DNA of 64,000 nt from Nemertoderma westbladi (lineage: Eukaryota > Animalia > Xenacoelomorpha). Position numbers and translations under genes: made by a program. This document shows, piece by piece, positions 36,326 through 48,933 of this stretch; within the stretch, counting starts at the first letter, position 1; each line of letters begins with the position of its first letter. The notes beneath the pieces are model-generated. The model was not told where the DNA came from. It did no database searches and saw nothing but the letters and a program-made list of their open reading frames with translations. The DNA is taken from contig JAUCBJ010000071.1 of NCBI GenBank assembly GCA_032718475.1, positions 1 to 64,000 of the forward strand, read 5' to 3'.

Positions 36326-38260
36326 CTAAGTTCGATTGGTAAAGGCCTCGGGTGGGAGACTTCCCTTAGCGGAGACTAACTGGAAAGTCTCAATAGCTTT
36401 ACCGAATATCCAATTGGTCTCTTTAAGACAAAGCTCGGAGAAGGAGCTGGTCATTCCTGTCTGCTGACAGAGCGCCTGCACGAGGTGTTGTTTCTCTTGG
36501 GGGGTGGGTTCGGTGGAGTTGGAGGGCCCTAGGGAGACGGCGGCTATCTGGGGGACTGGGTTGGGGTAGCCGGAGTTCTGGGCCACCGGGTTGGGGTAGC
36601 CGGAGTTCTGGGGCACCGGGTTGGGGGAGCTGGACGCCGGTGGAGTCGACGACGACGCGAGGAACCGTTGCAACTCCTCCGCGGTAGGCGTCCCGATCGT
36701 TAGGTGGTCGTTCACGATCAGCAGTGTTCCCCCGCCCTTGGGATGCGGTTGGGCGATAAACATCCGGTAGAAGTGGCGCAGAACCTCGTCGCCGTTCGCC
36801 TTCTCCGTGAAGAATCCGCGGACTACGAAGGCTAGGAGGGTGGGGATGGCGAAGGGGACGTCGATGTTGAAGCTGTGGAGGTGGTGGACGGTGGATGGCA
36901 TCTTGTTGAGCAAGGCGACAACGCTAAGCTTCGTGTTGTGGAGGAGCCGCGCTCTCAACGTGGTACCGCTAACGCGCAGAAGGTTGCGACTGTTGCAAAA
37001 CACCTCGTTGCTATAGGGACGGTTTGGGGCGTTGTTGTGGGGACTGCGGGGCGCGGTAACCAAGGAGAATATCGCGTCGTCATGGTAAGCCTCGAGGAGC
37101 AGCTGTCTGTTACCGCTGTCGTACGTCGTGAAGTACTGCTGGAGGAAATTCGTTATGGGCGGGAGAACGTCGCCAAATTCGCAGAAGTTAGGCAACATCG
37201 ACGGCATATTAACGGTGTTCTCTATGCCGAACTCGATGCGAGGCGGTAAGTCGTGGTCGTCTAATCGGTTCAATGCAGGGAAGTAGCGACGCAATGACGT
37301 CACGTAGCCCTTATTATCCGGGTAGATATCGCATATCGGGTTCCCATCCAATGTCAACTCCTCCAACTTGAGACCCCGGATTTTGTCCAACTCGATGTCA
37401 GTTCGTATCGAATTGTGCGACAAGTTGAGCATTTTTATCGGCAGGATGTTGACAAACGGCACCAAGCCATCCAGGTTGTTGATTCTGTTATTGGTGAGGT
37501 TAATGCCAGTTACGTCAGGGAAGGTGGCTTTGATGATTTTAGCGACGGCAAGAAAACAATAGGGGCGGGCGAGAGCGCAGCTGAAGGAGTGAAGAGCGAA
37601 TGTCTGGTCGCTAGAGAAACGGGATAGATCAAGGATATGCGTTGTGGCGTTGTATCTACGGTAAAGGACGAGTTTAATATGGTCCAATTGGGCTTCGGTG
37701 AGGGCAAACTTGGGCTGATTTCCCCTGTTGAACCCAGAATCAACGCCAATGTCGTTAACTTTGTTTACATAGATGTTCAGTTTCATTCCTGAATGTGTCG
37801 TAATTCGCCGCGAAGCGTTCTTTAGGGCGTCAGAAACGGCGTGATTTTCAACTATAAAGACGGCAGTTTGACCCTCAAAGTGAAAGTTTTGAGAGTTAAT
37901 GTTCATGGCGGTGGTTTTCTCCAGGGCAGTTAGGAGCCAATCTTTCCCCATCCGCATGGCTTGCGGTATGTGCACCTTGTAGTGGGAGGAATTGGATCCG
38001 GGTCCATTGGTTATGGTGCGGATGTGGGATGGAGGCGGTTGGTGGCGATGGTACGGCGCAGATCCCCGTCGCGAGTAGGGCGACATTCCCGAGCGCATCT
38101 TACCACCACGACCGCCGGTAAACTCCGTGTTATCGTAGCGCATCTGTACGTCGTTGTCGGGTCGCCGTCCCAAGTAGGCGCCTCGCCCCCCTCCGCCCCT
38201 ACCTCGGTAGGGTCGACCGCGTCCACCACCGCGCCATTTCGGCTGGTATTGGGACGACAT
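36326..38260 (-). CDS. NXF1: Nuclear RNA export factor 1 (TAP/NXF family), intronless
   Basis: RGG N-terminus, RBD, LRRs (LNLSHNSI, LTLDGNPIC), NTF2-like domain (FLQQYFTTYDSGNRQLLLEAYH, IVNDHL), TAP-C/UBA (QTGM..CLKETNW..PPEAF). Confidence 0.93.
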   Translation of the reverse strand: MSSQYQPKWRGGGRGRPYRGRGGGGRGAYLGRRPDNDVQMRYDNTEFTGGRGGKMRSGMSPYSRRGSAPYHRHQPPPSHIRTITNGPGSNSSHYKVHIPQAMRMGKDWLLTALEKTTAMNINSQNFHFEGQTAVFIVENHAVSDALKNASRRITTHSGMKLNIYVNKVNDIGVDSGFNRGNQPKFALTEAQLDHIKLVLYRRYNATTHILDLSRFSSDQTFALHSFSCALARPYCFLAVAKIIKATFPDVTGINLTNNRINNLDGLVPFVNILPIKMLNLSHNSIRTDIELDKIRGLKLEELTLDGNPICDIYPDNKGYVTSLRRYFPALNRLDDHDLPPRIEFGIENTVNMPSMLPNFCEFGDVLPPITNFLQQYFTTYDSGNRQLLLEAYHDDAIFSLVTAPRSPHNNAPNRPYSNEVFCNSRNLLRVSGTTLRARLLHNTKLSVVALLNKMPSTVHHLHSFNIDVPFAIPTLLAFVVRGFFTEKANGDEVLRHFYRMFIAQPHPKGGGTLLIVNDHLTIGTPTAEELQRFLASSSTPPASSSPNPVPQNSGYPNPVAQNSGYPNPVPQIAAVSLGPSNSTEPTPQEKQHLVQALCQQTGMTSSFSELCLKETNWIFGKAIETFQLVSAKGSLPPEAFTNRT

Positions 38261-39526
38261 TATTTTGTTACAAATACTGCAGTCGAATTGATGTTAAATC
38301 GTCTATGAATATATAGCGCCAAAAGAAACGAAATATCGATTGTCGATAGCAGCTCAAATGAGTGTGTAGTTTTACAGTTTTATATACAGATAATCCACGC
38401 CGGCCAGGTAACAGGACGTTACGTACCCACACACAGGACGATTCGTACCCAACTTACTCACCTTATCTGTTATCGGCAGGACGAATCGTCCTGTCTACAA
38501 CACCTAGTTGGAATGTTTTGAATCGTTGCCAAGTAGCTGTACAGTACCAATTTGACCCTCCCCACCCCACCCCACCACACCTATCATATCAGTTATAAGA
38601 CTTTGGCAGACACCAACATGTGGATTAGGATGTCATGGCAGCAGACACAAGGTCAGAACCTGGCCTTGGCATTTTGCTCATATTCTCCATTCTCACTCTA
38701 TCTGTCTATCCTGAATCCGTACCAGTGCTGTAGTGATAAACTCCAATCCCCTGTCAATCAATCCTCCAATCCCCTGACAGCCTGATTTCTATTTCCACTT
38801 CGCGCAGCACTACCAAAATGCAAGAGTTTTTATAATTTTCACAAAAATGTAAATTTTAAAATCTGCGACATTTCCTCAATTTTCATGAAATATATCTGAA
38901 ATTCGATGTACTGTCACTGTACAGGAGTTCATCCTCCGGCATAGGTATTGAATGATGTTAAATATTATGTTCATGATCATGACGAGTGGCCAATTTTCCA
39001 TCGTATATACTCTTGTTCCATTGTATATTTTTCATGTACGGTATTACGCACTCTTCTTGAGGACTACACACAACAGCACAACACGTAAATCATACGTTCA
39101 GTCTTCAGTACATGCATGGTGCTGGTGCATTGGATACAATCACAATGCTCATTTAACAAATGAGACACCATCTGACCATCAGAATACTGCAATAATAGGT
39201 ACCGGAGCTGAAAATTTATAAATTTATTTTAACTAGTCAGCTAGTACTGTACAGTCATAGCAGCATACTGGCATAGCAACCCAACTTGTAACCTTTCTTA
39301 AGAAACAGGCTGACAGGGTTGGATATTTAGGCCTATGTATCATAGGCATAGCCCTGTAGCTGTGTAGCCTACCGGCTGACCGGTCAGCCGGTAGTGTTAT
39401 TGGACCCATCAGGCTGTCAGGCATTACAGCATTACGCCAGGCCTCGCTCGGCCAGTCAGCCAGCCCATCTGCCAGTAACTGGCCTAGTCGTTTATCATTG
39501 TTCTGTTGTTCAGTTGTTGTCGATGT

Positions 39527-40030
39527 AGGGTAAACTGGGGTGAAGTGAGCTACTTTTGTAGTTTTTCGTGTTTTAAAAATAGTTATTTTCTCATTGAGGA
39601 AATACCAATGTATTCCTTTGTGCACTAGGCCTACATTACTGCATTATTGCTCTAAACAATCTCACAAAAATTATAACATAATTTGCCTATTAAATAGGCC
39701 TAGTCAAATTATACCTTTTGTTTAGAGCACACAAGTAGCTCAATTTACCCCACTCATGGGGCAAAGTGACACTAGCTCTAAAATCATTTGCAAAACCATT
39801 TAACCCCAATCAGTGATTGCCTTATGAGAAAAATCAAGAGATAATTTGCCTATTAAATAGGCAGATTATTTATTTTTTTTGACATTTCGAATAGCTCACT
39901 TTACCCCACTCATGACAGCATGATGCATGAGGCAAAGTGAGCTTCCCTCGAAAATGAGGTCTAAAACCATTTTACCCCACTTAGTACAGTAGTAATTTTC
40001 TGGGCAGTGCAGGGGGTAAAGTGAACCATT
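39527..40030. mobile_element. Probable non-autonomous DNA transposon fragment
   Basis: Starts TA-GGGTAAACTGGGGTGAAGTGAG; several GGGGyAAAGTGA motifs in both orientations; no matching right TIR seen. Confidence 0.45.
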
Positions 40031-41339
40031 TTTTATGTTTTTAAAAAATATATAAACATACAGTAGGCTATGCTGCTATGCAGTTATAGGCCAACGAATT
40101 ATGAATTATAGAACATTACAAAATTATTAGGCCCTATTATAAATCTAAATAACCAGCAAACAAACAATAAACCTTAATACAGTCTGACAGTAGGCCTAGT
40201 AGTGGAAATTGTAGCACAACTGGCACTAATCTGCAGGCCTAAGACGTTTATTTATTAGACCGACCTCGGGCCTGACCTGACAGCTAAAACCTAGAGTTAG
40301 GTAATAGTATAACCTGATAACGTACTGACGTAGGCCGTACTGAGTAGTCGTCGTTGTTGTAAACAATTGACAGTCAGACAGTCAGACAGCAGGACAGTCC
40401 AGCATCCAGCCTACTGGCCTACCGCTACCAGCTGACCAGCAGCAGTCGTTGGTCGTTCTGTCTTTACTATCAGACTATCTGACTGTTTGATTTTTTTTTT
40501 TTACGTCAACAACAAATTATATGCACTAAACAGATAAAATCGCAATGTAAAGCGAAACAACGATGAGAAACAACAATGAATATTATATAACTATGCATAG
40601 TAGTGTACTATATGGCACGGTAACATGAGAGATGTTGCACAATTGCATTAGTTTTAAAACAAATGGGTCTCAACATCACAAGCGTAGGTAAAATATAATT
40701 AATGTTAATGTGCAGTATAAACAAGAAGGATATCGTATGTAGTGAATATAAATATAGATATGTATGTAAATATGAGTGTAAATATAATTAATGTAACGTA
40801 CTGTAAAAACAAGAAGGATAGCGTATGTAGTGACGTGTGGATGGCCTCATGAGGTTTCACCTCGTTTCCATGAGGGTCCAGAATAAAACTCAAGTAAAAT
40901 AAATATCTGTGAATATAATTAGCGGTAAGTATATAAAAGAGTAAAAAGCAGATATAATTGAATTAAAGGTAGATACTGACTGTGGTTTATCTAAGAGTAA
41001 AAAAAACAGATAAAATTGAAATAAAAGGTAGACACTGTACAGTACATTCTGTAGATGGGTTGGAACCATAGATAACGTAAGTATTGTGTGAACGAAGGTC
41101 TAAGCCTGAGATAATAACAAGAGTAGTATATATTATAAATCTAAAATACGTTAAAAATTTAATAAATAGAGATATTATTGTATCGGTCGGTCTAAAATTC
41201 GTTAAAAATTAAAAATTAGTTACTGCTGTACTGCCTGACTACTGACTACTGTCAGACTGTACACTCACATGCAGTACTGCAGTCTGGCTATCAGCCTAGG
41301 CCAGTCTGGGAAATTAGCCCAATAAGGAAACTTATTTAT

Positions 41340-41425
41340 TTCCCTATAGGGAAGTTTTTATTTCCCTATAGGGAAATCACAGTTTTTCCCTATAGGGAAA
41401 TCACAGTTTTCCCTATAGGGAAATT
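41340..41425. repeat. Four tandem copies of the palindrome TTCCCTATAGGGAA
   Basis: Seen directly in the sequence. Confidence 0.8.
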
Positions 41426-42050
41426 ATACAATATCTTGGTTTCTATTCATTTTACTTGATTTTTATTTATTTTAGACTTTAAATTTTCTGTTTCTGTTAA
41501 TAATAATGAATAATATTAAGTGCTATGATTCAAAATAAATCGGCTAATAATATTGAATATGAAACTATCGCATTTGACTGTTTGAAGTACCGTACCTGAT
41601 ATTAGATTCTTAATGTCAGAATGTCGTAGGCTATTTCTAAAAGCAGTATAAGTACATCAAATACTGGTACATACTGACATACATAAACATATGTAATTTT
41701 AATTTTTACTTGTTTCGTTATCCAGGTGGAGAGCGCAAATGGAGCATTTGCGCCGTGCGAGCGCATGGCCGACGGCGTTGGCCATGTGGTATTGTTCTAG
41801 AATATTACAGTATTATTAATCCCATGTAAAGTTAAAAGTTAAAGCCCATATTGCTGATGGAAAATAACAAATGCCTACCTTGATTTTGTTAAGGTCAGTT
41901 TTGTTTATACTTGAAGGCTTACATATATAAGTATACATGGGCATAATATTCCAAATACTTTTGTTGCGCCTGTCGATTCGTATGAATCGACAGGCGCATA
42001 GACCCCCCCAATTTATATTACTTGCGCATGTACATTAGTAGGCCTACAGA

Positions 42051-43850
42051 AGTACTTGGGTATTCCTGTATTCACAATATTCAACTACCATATATGAAGA
42101 TAGGGTACGTTTTGACTAAAATTCTGCATCTGATGTAACGTTTTGACTAGGCCTATCTGCCAAAAGAACCTCCACTATATCTGCCCTACATGTAGGCCTA
42201 CCATATTATTAAATTATTATTTATACTTCAAAAATTTGTGGCACGAAACACATCACACGAAATGGAATTACAATAAAAGCAGGCCATTTAAAACCATCTT
42301 CAATCAATTAATTCAGCACCTTGGAAAACCTAATAAAAAAAATTATTCAAATTTGTTGAATTGACAAAGGTGGTTCTGAATTAACGAGACGAGGGTGGAC
42401 CCAGAGCTATCGAGGGTGGTCCCTGAATTAACGAGTGAGGACCCAGAGTTAATAGGGATATTCCCTGGATTAATAAAAAATAATTAATACCAAAACTAAT
42501 AACAAAAAAAACACCCAAAATATAATACCAGCAAATACAGAAATATACTCATATTAACAAATAACACAAAAATAATTATTTAATAAAAAATTTAATATTG
42601 AACTTTTAAAGCTCTAAAATCATAAAGAAAACCCATGAAGGTGTATTCCAATTACAATTGTTCAACCCCAGTGATTTTAAAATACACCAGACATGTCAGA
42701 GAGCATTGTAAGTATTATTTCCTTTGTGCAAAAATTAATTCTTCTTGATATATTATATGCAAAATTTTCATGCATATTCAAACAATCAAAAGCGTGAAAC
42801 CGGTAGTCATACAGCAATTGGATGTCTTTAGTAGGATCGGAAACACTCTAGAGAACATTTAAAATAAACTTCATCATTCCAAAGTGAATACTTCTTGAGA
42901 TATAGCCTTTCAAAAAATTAACCAATCATAGACCACGTAGCAAAACCCGACAATCCAACAGCTATAAAACATCGTCAGTGAGTTAGGGCATACTCCAGAG
43001 AATATTCTTAGCTTTCAAACTTCATCCCAAAGTGAAGCAAACTCGAGTTATCGTCGTTCAAAGCATTAGCCAATCAGGCGCCGTATCTGATGACCACGGT
43101 ATGGGGGTGACTTGGGACCTCAACGCGAGATTCAGAACACCATCCAAAACATATTCGCATAAAATCTTATCACTAATTGTCAAGGCCTAGGTAAGTTTTC
43201 AGCGTTTGAATATTTGAGCCAATCAGGTGCCAGATACAGTGACCACGGTACGCGCATGACCTGAGACCCCAATGGAAGGTTCAGAGTACTGGCCAAAACA
43301 TTTTCGCATCAAATTGTACCGTAAAATGTTACTGCATATCAGCAAAGTCACCTACCGGTATTTGATCAGCAAAAGATCAGGTCTGACTGTGTGATTTGGG
43401 TCTGATCATATTTTCCTTTGCATGCATAAGAAGCCCTTCAATGGTCACTATCCGCTACATTGATCTAATCCATATCGTCAGATAGCCCGTGTTGCTGTTA
43501 TAAGATTTATTTTGATTTGGTGCGATTTGGGTAATTTTAGTTTTTTTGGGGTAAACTATGGTATTAATAACTTCCAGTAAAATCCCAACGTTAAGAACAT
43601 TGCTAGAAACGTCAATCATCTATAGCCTACAAACTAAGGGTAACTATCAGCCAGTTACTGTACATGGGCAGATGGGTATACTATAAGTACAGGAGTACCC
43701 AGTACTTGGATATTCCTGTATTGACAATACTCAACTATATAAAGATAGGGTACGTTTTGACTAAAATACGGCATCTGATGTAACGTTTTGACTAGGCCTA
43801 TCTGCCAAAAGAACCTCCACTAAATATGCCATACATGTAGGCCTACCATA
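42051..43850. repeat. Pair of ~150-bp direct repeats (42051-42205, 43701-43850) flanking degenerate 149-bp CCAAT units
   Basis: Shared GATAGGGTACGTTTTGACTAAAAT..GCATCTGATGTAACGTTTTGACTAGGCCTATCTGCCAAAAGAACCTCCACTA. Confidence 0.85.
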
Positions 43851-43951
43851 CCTGCACCGGTGCTCACTACAGACTGTGGAGATAGCTACCGGCAAGAGGT
43901 GCTTGGTATATAGTTTTAGTCAGTAATGGCATACAGCAACTACTGACTTTA

Positions 43952-44275
43952 ATAATAATAAATGAATTGTTGTGGGGTGAGTGACGTTGAATTAAATATA
44001 TAATGTAGATAGGACAATATGATAATGCTCTCCATAGCGAAAAATATCAACCGGCCCTATTGGGGCTCGAACCCGGTACCTAGGTTTCAAACTTCTGGTT
44101 ATCATCAGCCGGGTGACTGTACTGAGCTACCAGACCGGATGAATATTTCGCTGTGGAGTGGGAGATCATATTTAGGCCAACTAATCACTCAAATACCGGG
44201 TTCGAGCCCCAATAGGGCCGGTTGATATTTTTCGCTATGGAGAGCATTATCATATTGTCCTATCTACATTATATA
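43952..44275 (-). mobile_element. tRNA-derived SINE with an 82-bp inverted duplication
   Basis: On the minus strand: A-box TAGCTCAGT, B-box GGGTTCGAGCCC, (TTA)n tail; TSD-like AACTACTGACTTT on both sides. Confidence 0.75.
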
Positions 44276-45390
44276 ACTACTGACTTTATGATTTCATCAA
44301 GTTCATCAAACCAGGCTGACGACTCAGCTGTTTAATTAATTGCAGCCGGATTGGATAAATTATTAATTAATTTGGGAAACTTTACTAATTAGTAAAATCG
44401 TTAATTAGTTCGATTTAAAAGATTTTAGAATTTGTAAAATAGTAAACCGCTTTGATACACCTTGTGAATAAGGATTTGGGGGCGGGGGGGACAAAGCCCC
44501 CCCGCCAATTAGGTAATTAAGTAATTAGTTAATTACTAATTAACGGTAGGAGATACGGCATCGGCGCCAGAGACTTTTTTGTGTAGAATAAAATTCCGAA
44601 CAACTTTGTGATGTTACGTTTTTTCATAGCTCTTAGTGTTTTCGAGTTACGACGCTAATTAGTTTTCGGCTAATTAGTACTAATTAACAGTAATAGGAGG
44701 GCCATAGCGATGACTGAACTTTTTTTAGATCTTACCGAGATGAACAAAAAAAAACACCGTTGCTAGGGGAAAAATCAAATACTTTTCGAGAAAAATCAAT
44801 TAGAAATCTTTAATCGCTAATTACTAATTAATTAATTAACAGATTTTTTCCACAAAAACTCCTAGCTAGCGCGCTAGGGCCATCTACCAGATCGCGCAAA
44901 CAGAATCGTTCTAGCTTTCGCCGTTCTCCTGGAAAAATCCTTTAAAGATCCACCTAAAAAAAGATCAAAGCAAAATGCCTACTTGATAAGGAGTGATACT
45001 AGACCGTTAAATTATGAGGTTTGAAGTTGGTGTTGATGTTGGTTTCTATGTTCCGTTAAATAGGCTGCAGTATCTATACCTCATAATTCTCTGTCGAGCC
45101 TTGGGCTCTCCTGTTGCAGCCGAACCATCGAGTTGATATTTCATTGATAATAGGCCTAACTGCCTAATGTTCTTGTGTCTTGGTTAGGCTTACATTAGTG
45201 TTCTAGTGTTCCCGGAAGAGAAACTGGGCGATTTTTCAATTAATTTCCTATTAATTTTAAATGTTTAATATTGGTTATGAAATAAATAGGCCTAAATGAA
45301 ATCATTGTTTTCGTTGTCGTTAGATGTTTTTTGGGATTTGAAAAAATGAAACTAATAGTTACTGCAGCTAAATTTTAATAAAGATATCGT

Positions 45391-47638
45391 TGTAGGGTAG
45401 GCCTGTGACGTCCGCCATGAAAATGTTAGACCGAAGTTAATTTTGATTTAGTTAAAGTAGGAATTCTGATAGTTAAAAGAGATGATTGGCGTTTAGCGAG
45501 ATGTGTTATTGTGTTAAATATGTTTATTATCTTTATAGTACTGTAGTTGCATGTGGTATTTTGCCTCAAGTATTGACTTTAGTAAACAAACATAACTGTC
45601 AAACTATCAGAAACAGGGCGTTAAACTACTGTATACGAATATGAGATACAACCTCTACTGCGATTGGACACTCGTTTTAGTGAAACTATTATAGTGCGTT
45701 AATTATTTAGTATAAAAGCTTTGAATGTAAGTTTTTAGTTTTAGTAGTGATGAATTTGTAGTTTAATTCGTAATTTAAATATTCAAATTCGAACCCACTC
45801 CTAGCTTACCCAGGATTTGGTAAGCTAGATCGTTTTCGTAAATCGTTATTAGTTTTTAAGAAACTAAATCGTTATTCGTTTCAGTAAACAAATACTGTTA
45901 TTCGTTATATTCCGTTTGCATCATGTGTTTACCTAGGTTTTGGTAAACTGGTGCCGTTATAGGTAAAACTCCGTTGCGTTATTGATATTGATATTATTCG
46001 TTGATAATATCCGTTCCGTTAATGTCGTTAATCGCGTTTAATAAACTATACCACTGAACCGCCTTGTAACGAACGTTTTGAACGCGTGGGACTACACATT
46101 TTGGTGCACTGGCCGGGAAATATTCGACTAGTTTCAGACTGCTTTTATGTCTCGATCGCGTGATGGTAGTCCTACAAATACTCACATGGATGTCACAGGT
46201 GAAACAGAGCCAGATACATCCGGTTCACCGACTCAGTAGGGTGAGTGAGGGAGACTTGACTTTAGGGAGACTTGATTTTTTTTTAATAACTCAAAAACTA
46301 TTGTAAATTATTTAACAATACTACACAAAAATGTGTAAAATACATGTAGGCTACACCCGCGCAACAATGTTTTATTACCTTTTGGTTATTTTTTGTTTTA
46401 TTGTCAATAAACGTTTTCTGGGTTCAAAAGTAAATTTTTGCCCTTTACAACGAATGAAATATCGCATCCTTATTTTACTGTATGTTAATTGTAATTCACA
46501 ACATGTGTTGACTAATTATTGCACTATCCTGCCATATATTGTTTTCCAGTTTTGGTTCAGCCGTTTTGAAATTATATCAATTAATATAAAAAAAGCCCAT
46601 GTGGGGAGACATGACGCCCGAGTGTGAGGGAGACTTGAAGCCTTCAATCCTGACGTCTACCTAGAGATACACCCACGTAGAGAACCATTACACCAGAGCA
46701 CTCCAACTAGTGGATCGGCACTTACACAGACCAAGCTATCAATGGAATGTGAATACAATGGAGTGGCCAGGAGAGAGAGAGAGGCCTTGATAAACCCAGG
46801 AAGCCAACCAACTCTTCCTTCCCTCTTTGCAATGTAGTTAGTAGCCCGCCAACTGGGTGATTGACAGCTTAAACAAGATGCCACTTCATCAGAAAGCGGC
46901 ACACATCAATAGAATTACAGATGTGCCTGGATTGAAAATTATACAAGATATTCATTAATAAAAAGTACCTTCCCGCGTTAAATTTTAATGCGGTTTTAAT
47001 GAACTATTATTTATTCAGTTCTTGTTGGGAGAACCATGTGAACGACCACCTAAATTTGTATAAAATTTTGGATAATAATTTAACAATCGCATTTTTTTAA
47101 ATTTTTTTGCTCTACTAGAAAATAGACATGTTGAGCATGTAATTATTACACTTCTTCTGCATTTCTGAACGAATTTACAAGTATGCGAGGTGGGGTTCAA
47201 GTCTCCCACCCTAGGTGTCAAGTCTCCCCCATTGAGGGAGACTTGACGCTTTTTCGAAAATACGAATAATTGGTTTAATTAAAAAAGTTTAAGAGTTGAA
47301 ATTCTCAAACTCTCACATACAGTAATGATAGCAATCATAAATGTAATGTGAAAAAGTAAAAACGGCATTGAAAAATGTATTTATCTCTTCTTTAGAGCGA
47401 TTATAACTTTTGGGGTTCAAGTCTCCCTCACTCACCGTATGGACTTAAAAAACTGCGTGACAAAGTCAGAGATGGAATCTCAAGGAAGATTAATGATATC
47501 ACCAACCTTATTCAGACTCGTGGAGGCCGTTCGGCATTGCGATTATTAATAAAGGGACTGGAAGAAGCCCAGGGAGAATGCCTAGAAGCTCGTGATCTAT
47601 TCATAAACTCGCTAGGCAAAGATGATGATGATTTCATC
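45391..47638 (+). mobile_element. 5' part of an LTR retrotransposon (BEL/Pao-like): LTR, PBS and gag start (left boundary approximate)
   Basis: ...TACACA followed by TTTTGGTGCACTGGCCGGG (PBS-like, about 46099); ATG at 46147; the frame MSRSRDG..TQ|YGLKKLRDKV.. is restored when the MITE is removed. Confidence 0.6.
46239..47437. mobile_element. MITE / non-autonomous Tc1-mariner/pogo-type DNA transposon
   Basis: TIRs GGTGAGTGAGGGAGACTTGA / TCAAGTCTCCCTCACTCACC, TA duplication, internal GGGAGACTTGA repeats. Confidence 0.85.
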
Positions 47639-48933
47639 AGTAGTAGATAAAGCATGGCCCCCAACAAAGTCCTCCCTAAGCCTGGGCTATGCACATTCCA
47701 TTCGGAGGGCTATTCAAAAATGCCAAATTCCGGTGCTAAATTGCGGTGAGCGCCACATCTGTCACCACCATCCATCGATCGGCAGTTGCCATCAACCAAG
47801 CGTAGCGTAGCGTAGCCTAACTCGACTACTGACTAACTAACTAACTAACTAACTACTAACCCTAATGTTATTCACCTTTTCGCCACGTCATCACCACCAT
47901 CACCACCGCTGTATACTGTATATGATGGTGACAACTACACGCATATACCCTCGATATTATATTATATTATATCGATTGCCAACTCAACGATTTAGCCCCC
48001 GCTAGCTAGCGCTACTCCTTGACGGATGTCACCAACCTCCTAGTATGATACATGAAATTCCATTCCGTTCCAGCTACGCGTATACAAGCATTAGTGATTA
48101 TTATTATTACGCAATAATTTTTGTTGTTTATACAGTAGTTCCCCACCGGCTAATCAACCAATCAATAAACCGAATTTAGGCTACTTCTCAGTTTAAGACC
48201 TGTATTATTTTTGAAAATATCTTATATATAATCTCTTGCTTTAATCACAATTAATCATTTGTAATGGTTTTAGTTTAAAAGTTTTTACTTTGTTTGTTTG
48301 ATTTACAATAAAATAAATTAAATAATGTCTTCTGATTCCGATATGGTTATGCCAATAGTAAGGCATTCATTTTTTGCAGAAGATGGTCAAGCCTATATTG
48401 TTATTGATTATACAATTTAATGTCAGGGAGATGATAAATATAAAATTGAGTTTTCTGAAAAAGCCAGGAAAGTTTTAAGCTCAATTGATATTGATGCTTC
48501 TGATAATAGTATTCATCTCTTAGATTACAACCTGAAAGTTGAGCATGAGGGAAAATTAAGCAACATCTTACTATTATCCATGATAGAGGGATTTATTGTT
48601 ATTACACAATACAACGAAGCTGGTGAAAAGTTTGAAATACGGCTAAATCGGCATAGCCCCTACGAAATTATGTCTTTCTTTATTGTAATGATTTCAAAAG
48701 AATCCTTTGTCGAAACTGAAGAATCAACGGATAATGTTGAATATGTTGATAATATCATTGATTCTTGACTTTTCCCCCTATATTATAAATATTTTATGAT
48801 TATATATAAAATTTTGTTGTTTTTAAATAATCGAAAATTGTAGTAGTATTTGTATATACTGTATAACAGTTTTGTTTGTTGTTGTTGTTGTGTATTGCGG
48901 TAATTATTTTCAATTTACTTTAAAATTTGGAAA

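Noticed and set aside
38430-38495. Short inverted repeat ACAGGACGATTCGT upstream of NXF1
   Set aside because: Too short to assign; probably a MITE remnant.
48325-48768. Broken ORF after the Polinton TIR
   Set aside because: Internal stops and no recognisable homology.
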